DNA of 64,000 bases from a bacterium (GTDB lineage Bacteria > Bacillota_I > Bacilli_A > RF39 > UBA660): the NCBI GenBank assembly GCA_963641945.1, contig CAVIDW010000001.1, positions 31,136-95,135 on the forward strand. The letters are read 5' to 3'. The position numbers were made by a program, and so were the translations under genes. Positions 19,617 through 29,412 of the stretch are shown here, piece by piece. The notes beneath the pieces are model-generated. The model ran no database searches, was not told the DNA's origin, and worked only from the letters and a program-made list of their open reading frames with translations. Within the stretch, counting starts at the first letter, position 1. Every line of letters starts with the position of its first letter.

Positions 19617-21536
19617 ATGAATGATGATTATGGAGTAAATGATATACAAGTATTAGAAGGATTAGAAGCAGTAAGAAAAAGACCTGGTATGTACATTGGT
19701 ACTACTGATGTTAAAGGATTACACCATTTAGTTTGGGAAATCGTTGATAACTCAATTGATGAAGCTTTAGCTGGATATTGTAATAATATTGAGATAATAA
19801 TTAATAAAGATAATTCAATTACTGTTAAAGATGATGGACGTGGAATTCCAGTTGGTGTTCATCCTAAAACAGGAATATCTACTGTAGAAACTGTTTATAC
19901 AGTATTACATGCTGGAGGAAAATTTGGAGGTGGCGGATATAAAGTATCTGGTGGTCTTCACGGAGTAGGTGCTTCAGTAGTTAATGCGCTTTCTAAATGG
20001 GTTACTGTTACAGTTTATAAAGGTGGAAAAGTATATGAAGCTAAATTTGAAGATGGTGGAAAAACTGTTCAAAAGTTAACTGTTATTGGAGAATGTAATG
20101 AAAATAGAACTGGAACAACTGTTTCATTTAAACCTGATCCAGAAATATTTGATACAGATATATATGATTACGAAACTTTAAAGACAAGAACAAGAGAGTT
20201 AGCATTTTTAAATAAGGGATTAAGACTTACTTTAAGAGATGATAGAGATGAAGAGGATACTCAAGGTGAAATATTCTTATATGAAGGTGGAATTAGTGAA
20301 TATGTTAGATTTATTAATCAAGGTAAGACACCTTTACATGATAAAATAATTCACTTAAATGGTGAAAAGAATGATGTTTGGTTTGAAGTAGCTCTTCAAT
20401 ATAATAATGGATATTCAGATAATATATATTCATTTGTTAATAATATTAATACTCATGATGGTGGTACTCATGAAGATGGAGTTAAAAGAGCTTTAGTTAG
20501 AACAATTAATGCTTATGCTAGAAAAAATAATATATTAAAAGATAAAGATGAAAATTTAAAAGAGGATGATGTTAAAGAAGGATTAACAATGATTATTTCT
20601 TGCAAGCATCCTAATCCTCAATTTGAAGGTCAAACTAAGGGAAGACTTGGTAATTCTGAAGTTAGATCTTTAGCTGATTCAGTTTTCTCTGAAGGATTTA
20701 ATCAATTCTTATTAGAAAATCCAGATGAAGCTAAAATAATAGTAAATAAAGCTATATTAGCTCGTAATGCTAGAATGGCTGCTAAAAAAGCTCGTGAAGC
20801 TACTAGAAAATCTGATTTAACTACTACTAATTTTTTTGGTAAGTTGTCTGATTGTAAGAGTAAGGATCCAAGTGTTAGTGAAATATTTATAGTCGAGGGA
20901 GATTCAGCCGGAGGTTCTGCTAAAAAAGGTAGAGATTCAATGACACAAGCTATTCTTCCATTAAGAGGAAAAATATTAAATGTAGAAAAAGCTAGACTTG
21001 ATAAAGCATTGGGAAATGAAGAAATTAAAACTATAATAACTGCTTTTGGTACTGGAATTGGTGAATATTTTGATTTATCTAAATTAAGATACGATAAAAT
21101 TATTATCATGACCGATGCCGATGTAGATGGTGCTCATATTAGAGTATTGTTATTAACATTATTTTATAGATTTTTTAAACCAATTGTTCAAGCTGGTCAC
21201 GTATATGCTGCTCAACCACCATTATTTAGAGTAATGCATGGTAAAACTAGAAAGTATACTTTGGATGAAAAAGAAAAAGATGAATATTTAGCATCTTTAC
21301 CTGAAAATGTAAGAAGTCGTGCTGAAATAGCTCGTATGAAAGGTTTAGGAGAGATGGATGCTGAAGAGTTAAATGAAACAACAATGGATATAAATAAAAG
21401 GGTTTTAAGAAAAATTACTGTTGATGATTGTATTGCAGCAGACGCAATATTTGAAAAATTAATGGGTGATGAAGTAGAACCTAGAAGAGAATTTATTGAA
21501 CAAAATGCTCAATTTGTTCAAAATTTGGATATATAG
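19617..21536 (+). CDS. gyrB: DNA gyrase subunit B
   Basis: 639 aa. GHKL ATPase, TOPRIM ([10 protein letters not shown]), QPPLFR. Confidence 0.97.
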   Translation: MNDDYGVNDIQVLEGLEAVRKRPGMYIGTTDVKGLHHLVWEIVDNSIDEALAGYCNNIEIIINKDNSITVKDDGRGIPVGVHPKTGISTVETVYTVLHAGGKFGGGGYKVSGGLHGVGASVVNALSKWVTVTVYKGGKVYEAKFEDGGKTVQKLTVIGECNENRTGTTVSFKPDPEIFDTDIYDYETLKTRTRELAFLNKGLRLTLRDDRDEEDTQGEIFLYEGGISEYVRFINQGKTPLHDKIIHLNGEKNDVWFEVALQYNNGYSDNIYSFVNNINTHDGGTHEDGVKRALVRTINAYARKNNILKDKDENLKEDDVKEGLTMIISCKHPNPQFEGQTKGRLGNSEVRSLADSVFSEGFNQFLLENPDEAKIIVNKAILARNARMAAKKAREATRKSDLTTTNFFGKLSDCKSKDPSVSEIFIVEGDSAGGSAKKGRDSMTQAILPLRGKILNVEKARLDKALGNEEIKTIITAFGTGIGEYFDLSKLRYDKIIIMTDADVDGAHIRVLLLTLFYRFFKPIVQAGHVYAAQPPLFRVMHGKTRKYTLDEKEKDEYLASLPENVRSRAEIARMKGLGEMDAEELNETTMDINKRVLRKITVDDCIAADAIFEKLMGDEVEPRREFIEQNAQFVQNLDI

Positions 21537-21546
21537 GAGGTAGAGA

Positions 21547-24096
21547 ATGGATACTAATGAAAATGTTGATAATTCACAAGTTGTTAACAATGAAAATGAT
21601 TTTTCTGGTACATTTCATGAGAGAGATAGTCACAATGTAAATAATATAGTAGATGAAGTTAAGAGTTCTTTCTTAGATTATTCAATGAGTGTTATAACTT
21701 CTCGTGCTATTCCAGATTTAAGAGATGGTTTGAAACCGGTTCACAGAAGAATTCTTTGGTCTATGTATGAGGAAGGAAATACTCCTGATAAGCCTCACAG
21801 AAAATCAGCAACAACTGTTGGTAATGTTATGGGACATTATCATCCACATGGTGATAGTTCTATTTATGAAGCAATGGTTCGTTTAGCTCAAGATTTTAGC
21901 CAAAGATATATGTTGATTGATGGACATGGAAACTTTGGTAATATAGAAGGTGATGGTGCTGCTGCTTACCGTTATACTGAAGCAAGATTAGCTAAGATTT
22001 CTCTTGAATTATTAAGAGATATCAATAAAGATACTGTTGATATGGATGATAACTTTGATGTTACTAGAAAGGAACCTAAAGTTTTACCTTCTAGATTTCC
22101 AAATATTTTGGTTAATGGTTCAATGGGTATTGCAGTTGGTATGGCTACAAATATTCCTCCACATAATTTAAGAGAAGTTATTGATGGATGTATTGCTTAT
22201 ATTGATAATCCTGATATAGATGTTCTTGGATTAATGAATTATATTAAAGGTCCTGATTTTCCAACAGGTGGTATAATTCTTGGAAATTCCGGTATTAAGA
22301 AGGCATATGAAACAGGTAGGGGTAGTATTACAATAAGAAGTAAGGCAACTATTGAAGAACATAATAATCATAATTGTATTGTTATTTCTGAAGTTCCATA
22401 TGGTGTTAATACTATGGAATTAAAGAATAAGGTTGCAGAATTGGTTCATACAAAGGTAATTGATGGAATATCTGATTATCATACTGATTTAAAAGATGGT
22501 GTTAAGATTACAATTACTTTAAAGAAAGATGCTAATCCACAAGTTGTATTAAATAATCTATATAAACATACATCTTTCCAAATAAATTATGGAATTATAT
22601 TCCTTATGTTAGATGGATTAACTCCTAGAACACTTGGTTTAAAGGATATTATTTCAAAATATATTGATCATCAAAAAGTTGTTATTATTAGAAGAACAAG
22701 ATTTGACTTGGCTAAGGATGAAAAAAGAGTACATATTTTAAATGGATATAAGATAGCACAAGATAATATTGATGAAGTAATTAGAATTATTAAACAAGCT
22801 AAAAATGATGATGAAGCTAAAGCTAATTTAATGGAAAGATTTGGATTAGATTTAATTCAGTCTGAAGCTATTTTAGAGCTAAAATTAAGAAGATTAACTG
22901 GTCTAGAAAGAAGTAAGATAGAAGAAGAGTTAGCTAGCTTATTAAAGGAAATAGAGGAGTTAAAAGCTATATTAGCTTCTGAACAAAAAGTATTAGAAAT
23001 TATTAAAAATGAAATGCTAGAAATTAGAAATAAATATGGTGATGATAGAAGAACTGAGATTGATATGACTGCTGTTGAATATATCGAAGATGAGTCATTA
23101 ATACCTCAAGAAGAAATAATCGTTACTTTAACAAATAAGAATTATATTAAGAGAATTCCTAAGGATACTTATAAGGTTCAACATAGAGGTGGAGTTGGTA
23201 TTAAGGGTATGACTACTACTGATAATGACTTTGTTGAACAGTTAATTTCCTTAAATACTCATGATGACATATTATTCTTTACAAATAAAGGTAAGGTTTA
23301 TAGATTAAAAGGATATAAGATTCCAGAGTATTCTAGAACTGCTAAAGGTCTTCCAATTGTTAATTTATTGCAATTAGAGAAGGATGAAAAGATAAAAACT
23401 GTTATTAAAATATCTAGTAAAGAAGACTTTACAAACAAATGTTTGTTATTTACAACTAAAAATGGATTAATTAAGAGAACTGCTATTGCAGAATTTGAAA
23501 ATATTAGACAAACAGGTAAAATTGCTATTACTTTAAAAGATGATGATGAACTTATTTCAGTAAAAATGACTTCAGGTGATGATCAAGTTCTTATTTGTTC
23601 TTCTAAAGGAAGAATGGCTAGATTTAATGAGAATGAAATCAGAATAATGGGTAGAACAGCTTCTGGTGTTAGGGGAATAAATTTAACTGATGATATATGC
23701 GTAGGAGCTGAAATTTCTGAACTAGGAAAGTCATTATTAGTTGTTACTGAAAACGGATATGGTAAAAAGACTGCTATTGAAGAATATAGAGAAACTAAGC
23801 GTGGTAGTAAGGGAGTTAAAACTCTTAATATTACTGAAAAGAATGGTAATGTAGTAGGCTTCAAATCTACTGATGATAATAAAGATTTAATGATAATTAC
23901 AAATGATGGTGTTATTATAAGAATGGATGTTAAATCTATTTCAACAATGGGTAGAGTTACTAAAGGCGTTAGACTTATAAACTTAAAAGATAATAATAAG
24001 GTTGCTTCAATATCTATTCTTGAAAAGGAATTAGAAGAGGAAAATGATTCTTCAACAATTGAAAGTGTAGAACCTGTTAATGAAGAGAATGAGTAA
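21547..24096 (+). CDS. gyrA: DNA gyrase subunit A
   Basis: 849 aa. Active-site region (AAAYRYTEARL), C-terminal beta-pinwheel repeats, acidic tail. Confidence 0.97.
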   Translation: MDTNENVDNSQVVNNENDFSGTFHERDSHNVNNIVDEVKSSFLDYSMSVITSRAIPDLRDGLKPVHRRILWSMYEEGNTPDKPHRKSATTVGNVMGHYHPHGDSSIYEAMVRLAQDFSQRYMLIDGHGNFGNIEGDGAAAYRYTEARLAKISLELLRDINKDTVDMDDNFDVTRKEPKVLPSRFPNILVNGSMGIAVGMATNIPPHNLREVIDGCIAYIDNPDIDVLGLMNYIKGPDFPTGGIILGNSGIKKAYETGRGSITIRSKATIEEHNNHNCIVISEVPYGVNTMELKNKVAELVHTKVIDGISDYHTDLKDGVKITITLKKDANPQVVLNNLYKHTSFQINYGIIFLMLDGLTPRTLGLKDIISKYIDHQKVVIIRRTRFDLAKDEKRVHILNGYKIAQDNIDEVIRIIKQAKNDDEAKANLMERFGLDLIQSEAILELKLRRLTGLERSKIEEELASLLKEIEELKAILASEQKVLEIIKNEMLEIRNKYGDDRRTEIDMTAVEYIEDESLIPQEEIIVTLTNKNYIKRIPKDTYKVQHRGGVGIKGMTTTDNDFVEQLISLNTHDDILFFTNKGKVYRLKGYKIPEYSRTAKGLPIVNLLQLEKDEKIKTVIKISSKEDFTNKCLLFTTKNGLIKRTAIAEFENIRQTGKIAITLKDDDELISVKMTSGDDQVLICSSKGRMARFNENEIRIMGRTASGVRGINLTDDICVGAEISELGKSLLVVTENGYGKKTAIEEYRETKRGSKGVKTLNITEKNGNVVGFKSTDDNKDLMIITNDGVIIRMDVKSISTMGRVTKGVRLINLKDNNKVASISILEKELEEENDSSTIESVEPVNEENE

Positions 24097-24118
24097 TCAT
24101 TCTTTTTTATTTATTTAA

Positions 24119-25190
24119 TGTTCCACATGAAACAATTATTTCCCGGGAAATAAAAAATGTTTAAAAAATATTTCCCGGGAAATATTTTTGTATGTTCCAC
24201 GTGAAACATATTGTTATTAAGTTATTTTTATTGGCTGTTCATAATTTAAATCGAGATGATATATTATATGTTATTTCATTTCTCGATACGTTTTATCAAT
24301 TGTTAAATTTTAATTAAATTTTATTGTTTATAATATAATGTTTCACGTGAAATATATTGTGGATAAGTATTATTAAAGATACCAAATATATATTAGTATT
24401 AATTTGATTGTTATATTCTTTTATAATTCAATTTTTCATTTTCACTTTCTAAGAAGTGATTTTTCCTTGTAATTACGGCACTTTGTATACTTTTTATATA
24501 CTATTTTAATTTTAAAATATGTATTTATTTGTATGTTCCACGTGAAACATGTGTGGATAAATAGCTAAAACGTGTTAAATTTTAAGAAAATATTTAATAT
24601 TTAGTTTAAATTTATTATTTTGAGTTTGTATTTTTAATTAAATTTTTTATAGGTTTCACGTGGAACATATTGTTAATATGATTATATGTTAATAAATATT
24701 TTTTTTTAATCATTATTTATATTAAAATTTTTTTCTTTTAAATATATGTTTATCCCAGTAATTTCGGTGTTTTTTTATATTTTTGTAAAAGAATTTTAAT
24801 AAATATATTTAATGTTCCACGTGAAACATGATGTTAATAACTTTTTAAAAAATTTATAATTTATTTTTATTTTATTAAAAAAGATGTTAAATATTATATT
24901 CAATAACAATTTTTATGTTTCACGTGGAACATTGTGTTGAAAACTTAATATTTTTGTTAAATATACTTAATTATTGCCTATTATTTTATTAATTTTATTA
25001 AATATTTTTTACAATTTATAATATGTTCCACGTGAAACATATTGTTAATAAGTTGCGTTTATTTGTTATTTTTAATTTAAATTGAGATTATATATTATTT
25101 TATTTCTTGATGCATTTTAGAAATTATTGATATATTTTATAAAATAAAAAGTGTTAATTGTTAATGTTTCACGTGGAACATTGTTGATAA
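24119..25190. repeat. intergenic array of nine 18-bp near-palindromes ATGTTYCACGTGRAACAT, each followed by a DnaA-box-like 9-mer
   Basis: Copies at 24119, 24193, 24339, 24533, 24651, 24812, 24915, 25023 and 25164, in alternating orientation. The downstream 9-mers are TGTGGATAA (perfect DnaA-box complement, twice), TGTTGATAA and TGTTAATAA (three times). The copy at 24119 has a degenerate CACATG core and is followed by the CCCGGG palindrome instead of a box. No ORF of 60 aa or more across the region. Confidence 0.8.
24140..24186. repeat. two copies of 14-bp perfect palindrome ATTTCCCGGGAAAT
   Basis: 24140-24153 and 24173-24186, 33 bp apart. The GC-rich CCCGGG core is unusual in this AT-rich genome. 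Confidence 0.7.
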
Positions 25191-25267
25191 GTTTGTAAAT
25201 TTAAGAAAAATTGTGTAAAAAGTTAGATTTAATTGTTGATTTTGTGTTTATTTTGTTGTAAAATTTG

Positions 25268-25346
25268 TTTGTGCAACAATATGTGCATGAACCAGGTCAG
25301 AATTGGAAGATAGCAGCCTTAAATGTAATTATTGTGTGCACTTTTT
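25268..25346 (+). ncRNA. ffs: small SRP RNA (4.5S/scRNA-type) candidate
   Basis: The domain IV signature CCAGGUCAG...GGAAG.UAGCAGCC sits in a GC-richer hairpin (GTGCAAC...GTGTGCAC) ending in T6. An extended -10 (TGTTGTAAAAT) lies upstream. In B. subtilis scr lies next to tadA/dnaX. Confidence 0.6.
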
Positions 25347-25360
25347 TAATGGTGTAAAAA

Positions 25361-25759
25361 ATGATTGAAGAAATGTTAAAAAAATTAAATTCAAAAGCAA
25401 TAAAACATGGTGATGTACCAGTTTCTTGTATAATTGTGAAAAATGATAGAATTATTGCGTCTTCTTATAACAAAAAGAAAAAAAATAATGATCCTTTAGC
25501 TCATGCTGAAATTTTAGCTATAAGAAAGGCGTGTAAGAGACTTAAAACTAATAATTTGTCTGATTGTAAATTATATGTGTCTTTGATGCCTTGTAATATG
25601 TGTAAAGATGTTATAAATGAGGCTAGAATTAAAGAAGTATATTATATTTTAAATAGTGAAAAAGTAGTTAATAATACTACTAAATTTGTTAAATTTTCTA
25701 CAAGTTATCAACATTATTTTGAAAATGAGCTTAAAAATTTTTTTAGTGATAAAAGGTAG
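25361..25759 (+). CDS. tadA: tRNA-specific adenosine deaminase
   Basis: 132 aa. HAE...PCNMC zinc-binding deaminase motifs. Position upstream of dnaX. Confidence 0.75.
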   Translation: MIEEMLKKLNSKAIKHGDVPVSCIIVKNDRIIASSYNKKKKNNDPLAHAEILAIRKACKRLKTNNLSDCKLYVSLMPCNMCKDVINEARIKEVYYILNSEKVVNNTTKFVKFSTSYQHYFENELKNFFSDKR

Positions 25760-25801
25760 TAAAAATAGTGGTTTTTTGTTATAATGTTTTAAGGAGGGTT
25801 T

Positions 25802-27487
25802 ATGAGCAATTATATATCATTATATCGTAAATATAGACCTAAAACTTTTTCTGATGTTGTAGGTCAAAAAGTGACTATTGAGATACTAAAAAATAGCATT
25901 TCTAATGGTAAAATTAGTCATGCTTATATATTTAGTGGTCCTAGGGGTACAGGGAAGACTAGTATTGCTAAAATTTTCGCAAAAGCTATCAATTGTTTGC
26001 ATAATTCCAATGGTGATTTATGTGGAAAATGTGAAGTATGTATGTCAAATTTTGAAAATAATATTGACATTATTGAAATAGATGCTGCTAGTAATAATGG
26101 AGTAGATGAAATAAGGGAAATCAGAAATAGTGCTAAATTATTACCGGCAAATTTGAAATATAAAGTTTATATTATTGATGAAGTTCATATGTTATCTACT
26201 AGTGCTTTTAATGCTTTATTGAAGACACTTGAAGAACCTCCTGGACACGTTGTATTCATTTTAGCTACAACAGAGTTCAATAAAATACCAGCAACCGTTA
26301 TTTCAAGATGCCAAAGATTTGATTTTAAGAAAATTAAAAAGAGTGAAATTATTGATAGATTAAAATACATTTTGGAAAAAGAAAATAAAAAGATTAACGA
26401 GGATATTCTCCCTTTAATTGCAAAATTATCTGATGGTGGTCTAAGAGATGCAATTAATATGCTTGACCAAGCTTTATTGCTTGATAAAGAAGATATTACT
26501 GAAGATGATTTCTATAATTTGATTGGTGAATTTAAATCTGATTCTATTAATCAATTTCTTCATTCAATGGTTAATGGTGATATTAAAACTACTTTATGTA
26601 AACTTGATGAGTTTTATGATGAAGGTAAAAATTTAATTAATCTTTGCAATAAATTACAGTTATTAGTTAAAGATTTATTGATAAATAATAATACTAAGAA
26701 CTATTTTTCTCCTGACTATTCTAAAAAAATAGATGAATTTGATTTTTTAGATAGTGAAGAAGTATTGAAAATATCTGATTTGTTGTTTAATTTAAGTATT
26801 GATCTTAAAAAAGGAAATAATCAAAAAATGGTTTCTGAAATATATTACATAGAGATTTGCTTGTTATTTGTTTCAGATAAAGATAAGAAGGTTAAAGTAA
26901 TTTCTAAAAAGAAGACTATTGATGATAATTCAATTGATGCTGATGTTACTGATAATAACGATACTGAACCTGTTAATGATGCAATCACTTCAAATGATGA
27001 AGAAAAAGTTGATGAATCTAATAATGTTGATGCTGAAAATAAGAAAATTATAATTAATAATGCTTTTTATGGTGCAAATAAAGAAATTAAAACTAAATTT
27101 CTTGAAGATTATAGTAAAATAAAAAATTATATGTATAAAAAAGAATATACAAATATAATAAATTTATTGGAAAAATCTGTTACTCAAGTTGTTTCTGACA
27201 ATTCTATAATATTTTCATTAAAAAATAATTTTGAGGTAGTATTATTTGAAAAGAATGTTTCTGATATACAAAAATTATTAAAATTAATATATGCAAAAAT
27301 GTATGATATTGTTGCTTTGAGTGATAAAGATTGGGAAAATGAAAAAAATGAATATATAAAAAATATAAAAAATGGTGTAAAATATAGTTATATAAATAAA
27401 AAAGAGATTAAAAATGGTAAAAAAAGTACTGTTTTAAAAAATAATTTAGATAATATATTTGGTGAAAATCTTGTAAAAGAGGATTAG
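25802..27487 (+). CDS. dnaX: DNA polymerase III subunit tau
   Basis: 561 aa. Walker A GPRGTGKTS, zinc module CGKCEVC, SRC motif. Confidence 0.9.
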   Translation: MSNYISLYRKYRPKTFSDVVGQKVTIEILKNSISNGKISHAYIFSGPRGTGKTSIAKIFAKAINCLHNSNGDLCGKCEVCMSNFENNIDIIEIDAASNNGVDEIREIRNSAKLLPANLKYKVYIIDEVHMLSTSAFNALLKTLEEPPGHVVFILATTEFNKIPATVISRCQRFDFKKIKKSEIIDRLKYILEKENKKINEDILPLIAKLSDGGLRDAINMLDQALLLDKEDITEDDFYNLIGEFKSDSINQFLHSMVNGDIKTTLCKLDEFYDEGKNLINLCNKLQLLVKDLLINNNTKNYFSPDYSKKIDEFDFLDSEEVLKISDLLFNLSIDLKKGNNQKMVSEIYYIEICLLFVSDKDKKVKVISKKKTIDDNSIDADVTDNNDTEPVNDAITSNDEEKVDESNNVDAENKKIIINNAFYGANKEIKTKFLEDYSKIKNYMYKKEYTNIINLLEKSVTQVVSDNSIIFSLKNNFEVVLFEKNVSDIQKLLKLIYAKMYDIVALSDKDWENEKNEYIKNIKNGVKYSYINKKEIKNGKKSTVLKNNLDNIFGENLVKED

Positions 27488-27496
27488 GAGGAAAAT

Positions 27497-27790
27497 ATGA
27501 ATATACAAGCAATGATGGCACAAGCCAGAAAAATACAAGGTGAAATAGAAAGAGGTACTAAAGAAATAGAAAGTACTATTTATAAATATGAAAATGATAA
27601 TATTTTAATTGAAACTTCTGGTAAAAATGAGGTTAAAAGAATAGAAATTAAAAATGATGATATTTTGGCTGATAAAGAATTATTGGCTGATATATTAACT
27701 GTTGGAATTAATAATACATTAGAACAGGTTAAAAAGGACAAAAATAGTAAATTAGGTAAATATACTAATGGTCTTGGAGGACTATTTTAA
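27497..27790 (+). CDS. ybaB: nucleoid-associated protein YbaB/EbfC
   Basis: 97 aa. Conserved dnaX-ybaB-recR synteny. Confidence 0.85.
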   Translation: MNIQAMMAQARKIQGEIERGTKEIESTIYKYENDNILIETSGKNEVKRIEIKNDDILADKELLADILTVGINNTLEQVKKDKNSKLGKYTNGLGGLF

Positions 27791-27793
27791 TAA

Positions 27794-28390
27794 ATGGCAC
27801 TTCCAAAAAGTTTTTCTGAATTAGTTAGTAATTTAACACTATTGCCTGGAGTTGGTGAAAAAACTGCAGAGAGATATGTTTATGCTTTGTGTGATAAAGA
27901 GTTTGATGAGGTAGAGAACTTGGCTAATGCTTTAGTTAATTTTAAAAAAAATATTAGAAATTGTAAAATATGTGGATGCTTAAGTGATACTAATGAATGT
28001 GATATATGTTCAAATGAATCTAAAAGTAATGATACTATTTGTGTAGTAGAAGATTCTAAAAGTGTTTTTTTTATTGAAAAGACTGGTAAATATAATGGAA
28101 AATATCATGTTATAAATGGTTTAATATCTCCAATTGAAGGAATTAATCCAGAGGATTTAAACATCGGATCATTGATTAATAGAATTGACTCTAGTGTTAA
28201 AGAGATAATTATTGCATTAAATCCTTCTATTGAAGGAGAAGTTACATCATTATATATACAAAAGATTTTAGAAAAATATGATGTAAAAGTATCTAGACTT
28301 TCTTATGGTATACCAATGGGTGGAGATATTGAATATTTAGATCCTATAATGATTGCTAAAGCTTGGGATGATAGAAAGGTAATATCATAA
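27794..28390 (+). CDS. recR: recombination protein RecR
   Basis: 198 aa. HhH N-terminus, C4 zinc finger (CKICGCLSDTNECDIC), Toprim. Confidence 0.9.
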   Translation: MALPKSFSELVSNLTLLPGVGEKTAERYVYALCDKEFDEVENLANALVNFKKNIRNCKICGCLSDTNECDICSNESKSNDTICVVEDSKSVFFIEKTGKYNGKYHVINGLISPIEGINPEDLNIGSLINRIDSSVKEIIIALNPSIEGEVTSLYIQKILEKYDVKVSRLSYGIPMGGDIEYLDPIMIAKAWDDRKVIS

Positions 28391-28396
28391 TATTTT

Positions 28397-28425
28397 CTCT
28401 CATAAATTTATATGAGAGGTTTTTT
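28397..28425 (+). terminator. rho-independent terminator after recR
   Basis: Stem CTCTCATA/TATGAGAG, 6-nt loop, then T6. Confidence 0.6.
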
Positions 28426-28611
28426 ATGATAATAAGTGTAATTAAAAGAATAGTTTTTGCTGTTTGTTTGCTTTATACAGTAAATATTTTTATTACCAAA
28501 ATGGGAAAGATGATTCCAATTAATATTTATACTATAATTATTACATATTTTTTTGACTTTTTTGGAATTATAGCTATAATATATTTGAAATATTATTGTT
28601 AGGGGAAAAGT

Positions 28612-29412
28612 ATGTTAGGTAAATTTAAGGATTATTTTAATTTGATGTTTAATGAAAATAGGTTAGCACATTCTTTTTTAATTGGTAATGTTCTTTTTGA
28701 TGAAATAAAAGATGATTTAAATGAAGTAATTAAAAAAATATTTAATAATGATAATTTAAATATTGAATCAAATCCTGATATTTATATATTAAAGAATGAT
28801 GATGGTATTATTAGTAAAGATGACATTAAAAATTTATTAGAAGAAATATCAACAACATCTCAATTTAATAATAATAAAGTTTACATAATAGATGGAGTTG
28901 AAAAGCTTAATGACTTTGCTGATAATGCATTATTGAAGACTTTGGAAGAACCACAAGCTAATATTTATGCGTTTTTAATTACAAATAATATTAATGCAGT
29001 TAAGCCTACTATTTCAAGTAGATGTCAAAAATTATATTTGAATTCTGATCGTGATAAAATAGATACTTTTACTGACGAGGAAAGAGAATTGGCTATTGAT
29101 ATTATAGAATCTATAGAAACTGATGGAGTTAAGAGTATTGGTAGATATAATAAAATTTATACTAAAATTAATGACAGAATATTTTTTATAAATATTTTAA
29201 AATGTATATTGAATTATTATTATTCGTCACTTAAAATAAAATGTGGTAGTGATGATGGAGAAGAACTTGAATATTTAAAGAATTTTGATATTGTTACTAT
29301 ATCTAAAAAAATTATTGTAATTAATAATACAATTGAAAGATTGAATAGTTATTTAAATAAAAATTTATGTATTGATAGATTTATTATAGAGATGTGGAGA
29401 TGCAATGTATGA
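28612..29412 (+). CDS. holB: DNA polymerase III delta-prime subunit (short form)
   Basis: 266 aa. Degenerate AAA+ with clamp-loader motif ALLKTLEEP and SRC. Synteny before the PSP1 gene. Confidence 0.7.
   Translation: MLGKFKDYFNLMFNENRLAHSFLIGNVLFDEIKDDLNEVIKKIFNNDNLNIESNPDIYILKNDDGIISKDDIKNLLEEISTTSQFNNNKVYIIDGVEKLNDFADNALLKTLEEPQANIYAFLITNNINAVKPTISSRCQKLYLNSDRDKIDTFTDEERELAIDIIESIETDGVKSIGRYNKIYTKINDRIFFINILKCILNYYYSSLKIKCGSDDGEELEYLKNFDIVTISKKIIVINNTIERLNSYLNKNLCIDRFIIEMWRCNV

Noticed and set aside
24119-25190. CRISPR array interpretation of the repeat region
   Set aside because: The repeats are 18-bp palindromes in alternating orientation. Spacers range irregularly from 56 to 176 bp and are not unique, since the DnaA-like boxes recur. 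No leader or cas genes are seen anywhere in the window.
25802-27487. Programmed frameshift in dnaX producing a gamma subunit
   Set aside because: No A-rich slippery heptamer followed by a stem-loop was seen at the expected mid-gene position. Not supportable from sequence alone.
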